Below, piece by piece: positions 41,328 through 51,798 of a DNA stretch of 64,000 nucleotides. The stretch comes from Eledone cirrhosa (Eukaryota). The DNA lies in the NCBI GenBank assembly GCA_964016885.1, contig OZ024740.1, positions 419,306,001 to 419,370,000 on the forward strand, given 5' to 3'. Both the position numbers and the translations under genes were made by a program. The notes under the pieces were generated by a model, which saw nothing but the letters and a program-made list of their open reading frames with translations, was not told the DNA's origin and did not search any database. The stretch's first letter is position 1. Every line of letters starts with the position of its first letter.

Positions 41328-41448
41328 ATGGGCTTATTTAATTTTCGACCCTCTGTACGTCCAGTTCCTCTAGAGGTACATGTTTCTGGATTCCCAGGAC
41401 AACATTATTGTCCCCGAATGGCTTCTATGAACAAACCAGTCTTTAATG
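41328..41448 (+). CDS. ASCC3: ASCC3 internal exon
   Basis: Polypyrimidine tract with CAG acceptor and GTAGGT donor; 121 nt (phase 0 to 1). Encodes [40 protein letters not shown], in frame with the previous exon. Not in the ORF track. Confidence 0.93.
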
Positions 41449-41559
41449 GTAGGTTTATTTCAGTTTTCTGAAGTAATTATTGTATGAACATTTTATGCTT
41501 TTTTTAATGCTTTTTTCTGTTTTGTATTTATTGTATTTATCACACGTTTTCTGGCTGTA

Positions 41560-41720
41560 TCAGCCTTGGACAATATCGGTGACATGGGGAGGGGAAACTG
41601 GTATGCATGGGCGACTGCTGGTCTTCCACAAACAACCTTATTCAGACTTGTGCCTTAGAGGGGAACTTTCTAGGTGCAAATCCCATGGTCACTCATGACC
41701 GAAAGGGGGTCTTTACCCTA
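41560..41720. mobile_element. SINE 3' portion, inverted relative to 47355-47560
   Basis: CCCATGGTCACTCATGACCGAAAGGGGGTCTTTAC is the near reverse complement of GTAAAGACCCCC...GAATGACCATGGG at 47365-47406. Confidence 0.65.
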
Positions 41721-42354
41721 TATCATATGACAGTCATCTGTTTCTCATGTCTTTTAATGTCCTGTTTCACTCAGGAAATGATGCAGGTTTAAAACATAAA
41801 AATATACTTTATTGTGCTCTTGTCCAATTCCACCCCACCATCCTGATACACAAAAAAAAATTGAAGATTATAAAAATAGGCATTAAATCAATGGTGGTGG
41901 GGAACTACGTTATCATAGTTGTACTGTTGTTTTCTAATTCTTGTGGTGATTGGACATTGTGGGATTTTCAGTATTTTGCTTTGATAATGTTAGTACTGGA
42001 ACGATGTACCCCAGCACAACCTACTTCATGGTCAGGTAGTTGGCAACTAAACTGGCCCCCCCACCAGACTCTGGTCTGGTGGGGAGGGTAAGTGGAACCC
42101 CACAGCACAAAAAATGAGCTGTTAAAGGGCGAATTAACACCTAAGTCAATGGCCATCCACCCCAACTATGGGAAAAAAAGCCTCACCAACCTGAAATTGC
42201 TCAAACATGGTGGGTAAGGCTACACCCCAACTTGACCAAAACCAAACAGAAAGCGGTGAAGATTAACCAGGGAGGGGTTCCTTCAACAGGAGTGAGGAAG
42301 GCCTGGATTGGATTGGAATGTAAATACTCTAAATAACTGTATATAATAAGTTAT

Positions 42355-42560
42355 AGGTGGATTGGCAGTATCGGTAGAGCGTCAGACACCATGCCTCGCT
42401 GCACATAGTTTCGTCCCTTTACGTTCTGAGTTTGAATACCGCCGAGCTTAACTTTGCCTTTTATCCTTACGAGGTCGATAAAATAAAGTACCAGTAACAC
42501 ACTGGAGCCTATTTAATCGAATTTCCCTTCCTCTCAAAATTGCTGGCCTTGTGCCAGCAA
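42355..42560 (+). mobile_element. tRNA-derived SINE (second family)
   Basis: TGGCAGTATCGGTAGAGC A-box-like and GAGTTTGAATACC B-box-like motifs. The core AACTTTGCCTTTTATCCTT...GATAAAATAAAGTACCAG also occurs at ~39215-39340. Confidence 0.65.
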
Positions 42561-43023
42561 TTTAAATTAATCTAAATGGTGATATAAGGGAGAGTGGAGT
42601 TATTCTAGTATTCAGAGTGTGATAAGAGTAGAAATTTTATAAATTTTTGTTTGTTACAAACGAAGTGATTTTTCTCTGATCGTGAAATATGGTTTGTATG
42701 CTAAGAATGGTTATGAAACAGGAAAAATAAAGATAAAGACTTGTATAAGCTAAAGAAGAATGACTAGAATATGATTTGACAAATATTCAATATAAATCTA
42801 AAAAAAAAACAATATATGCAGCTGATTGGAAAGAATAGTTTTGCCAATTTGTTTATATGAAGAAAATGTTAGAATGCCAATAAGTTTTTGGCCCACAAAG
42901 ATTGGGAAATAGAAGTAATCAAGTGTGGTTAATGCATTGATCTTTTCATTTGTATTGTTATAGATTCGTTTCTGAGGGGAAGGGATGACATTCTGAGAAA
43001 ATATTTATTTTAGACAAGGAGTA

Positions 43024-43606
43024 CTCTTGGGTCTTCAATAACCCCCCCCACACACACACACACACATACACTTATTAATTTTTCAGATTTTTTTCCCCCT
43101 CCCACACACATTTATTAAATTTTACTAATCCATCTCCGGTGAAATTTTATTTTAAATGCTAGCATTCCTGCAACAATTAATTTTCTTTTCTTTAGACATT
43201 AACCCTTTAACATTCAAACTGGCCATATCTGGCCAGAATTTTCTCACCCCTTTCTGTTTAAACCGGCTGTAACCGCCCACTCATATCAACGTTAAGGTAT
43301 TGTTCTCAAAATAGATAATATCAAAATCTCATAGATTCAATATTATGCAAGATAATTATGAGAAGTAAAGCCTTTACTATGAAAATATAATATTAAAAGG
43401 GTTAAAAAACATTATACATGACAAAAAAAGTACATTACTAGAAATCCCATTCGTTATAAAATAAATAACGGATGGGCCTCAATATGTAAACTAAACTAGT
43501 TCTGGTTTTTAAAAAAATATCAACAGACAACCTAGAAAAATTATCAATTTTTCATCACCCCCTCTCCACTTATTCCACCACACCCCTATTATTTGGGATC
43601 CGAGAG
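43024..43606. mobile_element. Putative TA-flanked MITE containing a nested piggyBac-type MITE
   Basis: Imperfect TIRs TA-CTCTTGGGTCTTCAATAA and TTATTTGGGATCCGAGAG-TA. Confidence 0.45.
43203..43401. mobile_element. piggyBac-type MITE copy
   Basis: TTAA-CCCTTTAACATT...TATTAAAAGGG-TTAA, with the same internal sequence as 39999-40202. Confidence 0.8.
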
Positions 43607-43754
43607 TAGAAAGAAAGGCAAATACATTGTGGGGATTAAAGTAGGAGTAGCAGTCAATTCAGAGTCAAGTTGGTATTTAGTAATTAGAGCAAAACTAAGT
43701 TCTGGTCATTCCTATTGTACAGGGCAAAGATAGCCTGGAACATATTTAGATCTT

Positions 43755-44008
43755 GGGGTGCCTGGGGTTGTTCAAGTTTGAGGGACCCAGGAAAGTTCAG
43801 GTTTGGAAGACCCAGGGCAGTTCAGATTCGGAGAACCCGAGGAAGTTCCGGTTTAGGGGTGCCTAGGGCAGTTCAAGTTTGAGGAACCTAAGGCAGTTCA
43901 GGTTTGGGGGTGCCTAGAGCAGTTCAGGTTTGGAGGACACAAGGCAGTTCAGGTTTGGTGTGGGGCCCAGGGCAGTTCAGGTTTAGTGGTGGGGCCCAGG
44001 GCTATTCC
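43755..44008. repeat. ~25-bp degenerate minisatellite (~10 copies)
   Basis: Unit approximately CCCAGGGCAGTTCAGGTTTGGAGGA. Confidence 0.85.
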
Positions 44009-44103
44009 TATAGGGAGCTCTTTGACAAGGAGTACCCAGGGCATTCACTCCTGCTGCCCTGATAAATTTGGCCCTAAAGATAGCTTTAAAATATGCTATT
44101 GTG

Positions 44104-44301
44104 CATCATTTTACGTCCGCTTTTCCCTGCTTGCAAGGGTGGGACGGGTCCTATTCATCTCTCCACTTGTCATGGTCCTTCGTCATCTCCTCCGTGAGTT
44201 TCAGTGATCTGAGGTCTGCTCTTACCACCTCTGCCCATGTTTTTCGCGGTCTTCCTCTACTGCATCTTACTTCTACTGGGATTTCTTGGCATTTCTTTAT
44301 C
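44104..44301 (-). mobile_element. RTE LINE 3' end fragment
   Basis: Near reverse complement of 36180-36390 (WIKKCQEIPVEVRCSRGRPRKTW), with a CATCATTTTACGTCCGC tail. Confidence 0.8.
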
Positions 44302-44383
44302 CAAAATTACTTGTGACAGAATATAGGATAAATCAATAAGATTGACCTTAATAATTGAACTGTTGTCTTCTTCCTCTCTGCAG

Positions 44384-44526
44384 CAATCAAAACTCATTCA
44401 TCAACCCGTCCTGTTTTAATATTTGTCTCATCACGAAGACAAACTCGTTTGACTGCTCTAGATTTAATTGGATTTCTAGCAAATGAAGACAATCCCAAAC
44501 AGTGGCTACAGATGCCTGATAATGAG
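44384..44526 (+). CDS. ASCC3: ASCC3 internal exon (helicase motif IV region)
   Basis: TTCCTCTCTGCAG acceptor and GTAAGA donor; 143 nt (phase 1 to 0). Encodes (A)[47 protein letters not shown]; phase compatible with the previous exon. Confidence 0.93.
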
Positions 44527-45316
44527 GTAAGACATTTCTACAAGCTTCAGCTAAACATCTTCAAACTTAACTCTTATATATCATCTTTTATACTCACACC
44601 AGTTGTTGTTTTTTAATTATAAAATATGATTAATATTTGTTTCATGCAATCTTGAAATTTATTAAGATGAAAAAAAAAAAAAAAAAATTATAATATATGT
44701 ATTTTTGAAATATCTATGAGTTATATTGTTTCATTAGAGCAAAATAATGATTTGATTTTCAGTAAAAATATTTCATGTATCTCATCCACATATTTAAGAA
44801 ATATTTGTATATTGACTTATTTCACTGAACAAAATATATATTATTATATAATTGAATTTGTATGACATAATTGTTTATTATTTATTGCAACCAATTGGTT
44901 ATTTCTATAATAATGGTCTATTTTTAATTATTTATTTAAATGCCAATGTCCATATTAAAAGAAAAAATTTAGAAAACCCTTTTTTCAAAATGAAACGTTT
45001 TAATTTTTTTACTAATTATAATGGAAAAAAAATTATTTTGATAATTTTATAAATCATTACTAAACAATAGGGTGTTGAGGTTGGTACTTAAAATGTAGGA
45101 ATTCAAACTTTCTTGGATTGAAAAGAAAATAGCAAGAAGTTATATGTATATCCAGACATACATATATACATACATACATACATATATATATATATACACA
45201 CACATACATACATTACCGTCTAACCCATGCTAGCATGGAAGAACGAACGTAAAACGGTGATGATGATACATACACACACATACACACACACACTATATAT
45301 ATATATATATATATAT

Positions 45317-45992
45317 ATACAAATATAAATTAGCGAGAATCGTATTTCGGCTATTGGAAAAACAACTTCCGAGATGTGTGGCAAGCGCTCAATAGATTCT
45401 AATGAACCAGAGCTACAACATATGTTAAAAGGCCAAACACACTGAGACGATGGTTAAACCATTATTCGCACAGCCATAGAAACGACCAAGTAATTCGGGT
45501 CAAACAAATAAAAAAATGTGATTGAAAAATTTACCCGGACCCCTGGATGGTTGGTGAAATCCAGCATTTGGGTTTCTGCGACTCCTAAATCAAGTACTGT
45601 CCGCTTAGACAAATAATGTTAAGCTCTTGGTAAGATGATTGAACAAGGACGTCACTTTCTCAACAGGCTTTTAGTTCAAGTGCCACGCCAAGGATTGACC
45701 ATTACCAATACCCACGTGGGGCTCGACAAAGGAGGCAACCCTTATTTTTGGCGGAAGAATTCAGTGTGTAATATAGCAAAATTGCAAAATATCACAAAAA
45801 GAATTAAGTTCTCAACAGAATGGTTTTAAAGTTAACAAAAGCTATTCATCAGTCAATAGAATCAACTAAAAAAATCAAGAAAATTATCTGGTCAATAGCT
45901 AGACTCTGGAGATTAATACAAATATAAATTAGCGAGAATCGTATTTCGGCTATTGGAAATTAGCGAAAAACAACTTCCGAGATGTGTGGCAA
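45317..45992. repeat. Unclassified ~680-bp insert bounded by ~67-bp direct repeats, within a (TA)n microsatellite
   Basis: ATACAAATATAAATTAGCGAGAATCGTATTTCGGCTATTGGAAA...AACAACTTCCGAGATGTGTGGCAA at 45317 and again at 45916 (period 599). Confidence 0.75.
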
Positions 45993-46852
45993 ATATACAT
46001 ACAATAATTGAAGGGTAAGAAATTGCCAAGATAAATCTATCTACATATGTGTGTTTGTACATTTATATGGGTGCAATGACCAGAATCTGAAAGTAAGTGA
46101 ATGGACTTACATAAAAATGTTGAAAGTTTGGGCAAGGTGGTTTTTGTGAAAAACAATCAGCAGTTACCCATGTATGCCAGTCTGGCTCAAGGATACAACA
46201 TAGTACCCAGTCCAGGTATTGAACTTACAACCTCATGATTGTGAGCCATACACTCTAACCACTAAGCTATGTGCTTTCACGTATATAAACTGCAGTTGCA
46301 AATATTTTGTTGACAGAATTTTAACTGATTTATGTATTGAGATGTTTAGATTGACACCTGGAGATATCTATAAATTATTCTAACAGCCTATTTTATATCT
46401 GTTTGCTATACAATCAACAAAGTAAATGGACAATAACAATTAAAATGAATCAGAAAGGAGAAACACATTTTAGATATATACAGTCTCACTGTGTGGTAAG
46501 ATGGGCTGTAAAAGACTAACTCATACTCTATATATTTAACTATGTAACATCTGTGTAGCACTGACATTGTTAAATTTACTGCTGTTGATTATGTGCTTGT
46601 AGAATCAATGGGGGATCCAACAACCCCTTAAATAAATAGGAGGGGGGAGGTTACAAATGAGTATGTAGGAGTTCTTTTTTTTTTAGCAGGCATTGAGAGT
46701 GTAGTTGTTGTCGTGTGTGATAAAATTACAATGCTGAAACATGGAAAATAATTAAAAAAAGAAAAAAAGATTAAAGTAACTAATAGAAAAAATGTTTGGT
46801 GACATACGGACAAATATAGCTGTTTTCATAGATGGCTTAGCTAAGAAATAAG

Positions 46853-47110
46853 TGGAGCCATATGGCCTAGTGGTAAGGGTGTTGGATTTACAATCATAAT
46901 ATTGTGAGTTTGATTCCTGGATTGTATTGTGTTGTGTTCTTGAGCAAAACACTTAATTTCACGATGCTCCAGTATACTCAGCTGAAAATGAATACCAGCA
47001 ATAACTGGGGGTTTAACGCTACGATGGACTGGCATCCAGTGGGGAATCTTGTATTCTCAGTCACTTCACATACAGAAACCTGAGCACTAGCCTGATGAAC
47101 CTCTGGGCTT
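46853..47110 (+). mobile_element. tRNA-derived SINE
   Basis: TGGCCTAGTGGTAAGG A box, GAGTTTGATTCC B box and TTCTTGAGCAAAACACTT core. Confidence 0.7.
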
Positions 47111-47354
47111 GAGACAGACTTTATAAGAAATAAATAAGAAATTGTGTGCCCATTCTTAGGTACTGGGACACCTATCATCTCTTAATAATTACATGCAATT
47201 TCTAGTGGAGTCATTTCATTTCACCCAAGTTTTCTACCTGCTATTTACTGGTGTAGTTGTTAGCCTGTATAGAAGAATCAATTTTGCTTAGTTGAGTTAC
47301 TTCTGAAAAACTGAATATAATGGAATCTTTCAGTGATCATTCAGCAGCTTATTA

Positions 47355-47695
47355 GGGTAAAATGAGTAAAGACCCCCCCCATCTTCGATCACGAATGACC
47401 ATGGGATTTACACCCCAAAAGTACCCTTCCGAAGCACAAGTCGGGGCAAGGTATTTTTGTGGGAGACCAGCAGTCGCCCATGCATACCAGTCTCCCCTCC
47501 CCATGTCACCGATGTCGTCCAAGGGAAAGGTAATGGCCGATACAGCTTGGCACCAGTGATATCACAACTCATTTCTACAGTTTAGTAAACTGGAACAACG
47601 TGAAATAAAGTCCCTTGCTCAAGGACACAACGCATCACCCGGTCCGAGAATGATTGCAAGCCCAACACTCTAACCACTAAGTCATGCACCTTTAT
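47355..47695 (-). mobile_element. tRNA-derived SINE, near full length
   Basis: Minus strand TGACTTAGTGGTTAGAG head and TTGTGTCCTTGAGCAAGG core; tail shared with 41560-41720. Confidence 0.75.
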
Positions 47696-47875
47696 TGACA
47701 TCAATGATTTACAAAATAAATAATTTCAGAATATTTTCGAGCCAATTTTCTTTTAGTGAAGTATTGTCTTCTCTGTTCTGTCTGCTGGGACCACGAGGCA
47801 GGCTAACCCTTAAATAAGAGTGAAGTTAGTTGTCAACTTGTGTACATTAAGAAATATTGTTTACAAATAACATTC

Positions 47876-48100
47876 TATGAGGTGGTATCAAAAAGTTTCT
47901 GGACTAGTTCTGTAGTGCGCCAACAGATGGCAACACACTGTTGCACACACAATGAGAGCTAGCAGTGGCCTTTATGCGTGACATCGCTGTGTTCACTTTG
48001 CGAGTTTGAAATTTTTGTTTTTGTGATCACATTGTTGCTGTAGCTTCCGATTTTGCCATGAACAGGATGTTGGAACAAAGAGCTGTGAAATTTCATACTA
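47876..48100 (+). mobile_element. Tc1/mariner 5' end remnant
   Basis: TA-TGAGGTGGTATCAAAAAGTTTCTGGACT TIR-like start, followed by ATG...EQRAVKF, which resembles a mariner transposase N-terminus. Confidence 0.55.
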
Positions 48101-48154
48101 GATAAACTCAATATGTGTGAACTAACAATTTGCTTTTGAGCTCTTTTAAATAGA

Positions 48155-48760
48155 AGTATTATTGGGTGCTAGACAACTGGTGCAGCCAGTCTTTGGGGTG
48201 TACCTCTAGATGCTTTTGTAGCCGGCCATTGCCATTGGGCTCTATTCTCTGTCCTGCATAGAAGGGTGTCAGTGTTGTGACCAGTCCAGTCTTTGCTGTT
48301 GTCAGACCAACATTTTCTTTACCTCTCCTTTGCCCTCCCTCGATTGTGCCCTGAAGGATGCTTTTAGACAAGGAGTTGTGGTGGGATCAATGACCATACT
48401 GGGCAAGCTTCTGTCTTTTCACTGCTGTCAGGAGTGGTTCCTGTCTGCCAGCATATTTGCAATTTCAAATATTACATAAAATATTACCAACTCCATTCAT
48501 ACAAGATTTGCTTTCTTTGCAATTTCAAATACCTTCCCCATATTTGTTAACTTGTCTGACAAAGCTGTTTGTTTTGTGCTCTGTATACGAGATGATCAGT
48601 ATCCTTCTGAAGTACATGAACTTGAATGCCTGGATTCTTCATTCCATGTCAGCTATGAGAGTCCAAACTCTCACACTCATACAAAAGAATCAAAGTCACC
48701 AAGAACTTGTATAGTTTGAACTTTGTTGGAAAACTGATGGAGTTGCTTTTTCATATGGCA
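48155..48760 (-). mobile_element. Degenerate LINE (RTE-like) ORF C-terminal fragment
   Basis: Minus strand SKSILQGTIEGGQRRG, with upstream remnants such as RIQAFKFMYFRRIL. Confidence 0.7.
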
Positions 48761-49589
48761 TTCAGCTATACCATGGTAGAAGTGGCCTGACCAGGCCAGT
48801 ATTATCAGCATCTCCTTTAGAGATCGGCTGTCTTTGATCAGAATTGATATATAGTGACAGCAAGTGAATATTTGATAGTAATGACAAACTCCATCCATAT
48901 GTATGTACATCACATTCATAAATCATCTACACAACAATACAAATATTTAATAAGTTGAAGATCACAAGGGGTACAATTCATAACTATAATTTATTTATAC
49001 CCACCTGAACTTCTAACTACTTTTTAACACTTAATGAAAAACTAGTATAATTATTTTCTAATATTGGTATTACTCTCTTACAATCGTAAAATAAAATACT
49101 TATAATTCATACTTACATACAAACTAAAACCATTTAATCTTTGACCCCCTCGACCTGAATTCTGCCCTGTTTACAAATTTCTAACAATTATTTCTGAGAA
49201 ATTGCAGCTATCCAGCATAAACTGAATTCGCTTTGTTCCTCTGTGATATGAAATTGCCAAACCAAAGACTTGTAATGTGCCCAGCTTTTCATGATTCCTT
49301 CCCAATATACATAAAAAATCCTAAATGATGACAGCAACAGTATCATTAAAAATCAAATTGAAATGGGGTGCATTTCGATTTTTCTCTGCCATATGTCTTC
49401 TTGAGCTTATCTGATTAAAACTAAGAACAGCAATAATGTCAAAATTTATGAAATACGACTTTCAATATCAAGTGATAAAAGCTAAAAAAAAAATGTTCCA
49501 ATTATAGAAAACTGCAACAGCTACGACCTAAAGTTCAAGGATGGAAGAAAAAAAGTAAAACAAAATATTTCTCTAAATGAACATATATG

Positions 49590-49885
49590 GCCAGCCTGGG
49601 AGATCAGTGGCTCCACTTCAGTACTGACTTGGTCTTTGTAGACCTGTCCAACCCTTGCTAGCAGGGAAAGTAGGCATTAAAATGATGATGATGATTGATA
49701 TATATATATACACACACACACACACATACCTGCCCACTTATGTATATATACATAAGCAAGACAAACAAATCTCTGGCTTGTCTTGGAGATCAGTAGCCAC
49801 TGATTCAGTACTAACTTGGTCTATGGAGACCCATCCAACCCTTGCTAGCAGGGAAAGCAGATGTTAAATGATGATGATGATGATA
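49590..49885 (+). repeat. Two tandem short retroposon 3' tails
   Basis: GGAGATCAGT...TTCAGTACT...TCCAACCCTTGCTAGCAGGGAAAG...(TGA)n at ~49598 and ~49785. Confidence 0.7.
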
Positions 49886-49980
49886 TATTTATAAATATAT
49901 ATAACAAAGGACTTGTGGTAAGGAACCAGATGGACCATAACGCACCTGAGTACTCAATACTTAGGGTAGTAGAGTGGGTA

Positions 49981-50096
49981 ATAGGAAAAGGTATGACCCC
50001 GACGGCAGAGCTCAAGCCATTTCGACGGCTATTTCTGGACTGAAATAGCCGTCGAAACGGCTTGAGCTCTGCCGTCGGGGTCATACCTTTCCCTAT
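49981..50096. repeat. Near-perfect inverted repeat (55-bp arms, 6-nt loop)
   Basis: 49981-50035 pairs with 50042-50096 with 2 mismatches. Confidence 0.95.
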
Positions 50097-50877
50097 ATAT
50101 ATATATATATATGGCTAAGATTTGCAAAGAGGGATAATTTATTTCAGTGAAAAGTATTGACCTGAATTAACAAATAACAAATGTTACACATTACCTTAAT
50201 CTAGGACATCAATCATGGCTACAATATCTTAAACAATTTTTTTTAAATGCAACTAAATAATTTAACCAATCCATCGATGGTTTTATTACTGACTAAATAT
50301 TGAAATTTTCTTGATTTTTTTTTTCTGATAAAGTCCTTCAAGACATATTTGCTCAAAAACTACATCCTGGAAAAAAAAATGTCACAAGGCTATTTTCAGA
50401 AAAGGTACTGCATTTAAAAAACGAAATTAAAAAAATGTACAGCTTCTGAGGTACAATTGCAATAACTGAAAGAAAAAAGTCAGCAGGAATTATATTCTCA
50501 GTTGTTGGTGTTATTGTTATTAGCAAATGTAATAATTTCTGGTTCATCATGATTTCATTGGAAAAAGAATTACCATCTGTCATTTTTCATGCTGGTAAAA
50601 CCCTCCAGAAAATCACCATTTGAAACTACTTTAATAATAGCAAGTCAATGAGGGAATCATTTATACATTTGAAATCCTTTATACAGCCAAATCTTCATCT
50701 AATCACACTCTACCATCTTAAAAAAAATGAAGGACACACTGGATTATATAGTTCTTGTGATACAAAAAGGAATGGTTCTGACTGGAATACCTTTGATCAT
50801 AGGTGTACATGATCAGGGCTGACCTGAGGCTAAACAATAACAACTTTAATAATAGCATTTATCACTGTTCCAATACT

Positions 50878-51385
50878 AATGGGCATGTGGTTAGAATGTC
50901 TCAGGAAAGAATCTCTGAATTGAGAGACCACAGCTCCGATATTGCAAGTAAGTGGTTAGAATGTCTCAGGAAAGAATCTCTGAATTGAGAGACCACAGCT
51001 CCGATATTGCGGGTAAGTGGTTAGAATGTCTCAGGAAAGAATCATTGAATTGAGAGACCACAGCTCCGCTATTGCGGGTATGTGGTTAGAATGTCTCAGG
51101 AAAGAATCATTGAATTGAGAGACCACAGCTCCAATATTGCGGGTATGTGGTTAGAATATCTCAGGAAAGAATTTCTGGACAGATATTACATCCAAAACTA
51201 ACTGGTAGGAGACCCAGGGGTAAACCCTGAGCAAGAGGGTTGGATAACATCCATGAGCTCAGCTGGTTTCACTTGGGGATCCAGCCAGATCTCTTGGAGA
51301 AGGTTGCTTCTGACAGGGCCCACTGGAAGGAGTATTTGAGGGCTCTTCCCCCACGACCCTCTTAAGAATAAGTGGGCAGAGAAGA
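50878..51385 (+). mobile_element. RTE-like LINE fragment with an internal 65-bp unit amplified ~4.5 times
   Basis: TTAGAAT at 50891, 50956, 51021, 51086 and 51151. Continues into ...GRRPRGKP, homologous to the single-copy 35380-35640. Confidence 0.85.
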
Positions 51386-51798
51386 ATAACATTTATAGAA
51401 CATGAAATTTCATGTAAAACTCTTTCCAAATGAAATGTCAAGGAAAGCCAGTGTAATGATGAAAGCAGTGTATCTGTAATTGATATATTCCAAACATGAG
51501 AGAATTCTCTATCAAATATAATTCTCTTTTGAAGGTGATTGTTCATGGGCTTAATGGAAGGACATTAGAACTGTTTCACAAATGTAGAGATCTTACTTTC
51601 AAATATATTCTTGTAACAACTGACTTGTTTAATATTTTAATAAATGGTAACAATTGGTTTATCTGTGCTGAAGCAACATGAAAGATTACATATGCTGTTA
51701 TGGCCTCCACTCTAGCAATTTTCTGCCTACATTAATGGTTGAACATGTGTTGTTTCATATCCTGATAACATTTAATTTATTGTCCTTAATAGTATAAT

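Noticed and set aside
42059-42084. Short hairpin CCCCACCAGAC-TCTG-GTCTGGTGGGG
   Set aside because: An isolated 11-bp stem with no CTRR terminus or other supporting context.
34972-44526. SNRNP200/Brr2 as the identity of the helicase exons
   Set aside because: Residues [26 protein letters not shown] and [12 protein letters not shown] fit ASCC3 rather than Brr2 as I recall the two sequences.
50036-50062. Hammerhead ribozyme (CTGA...CGAAAC)
   Set aside because: The CUGANGA core is not matched (CTGAAAT) and stem II is not evident.
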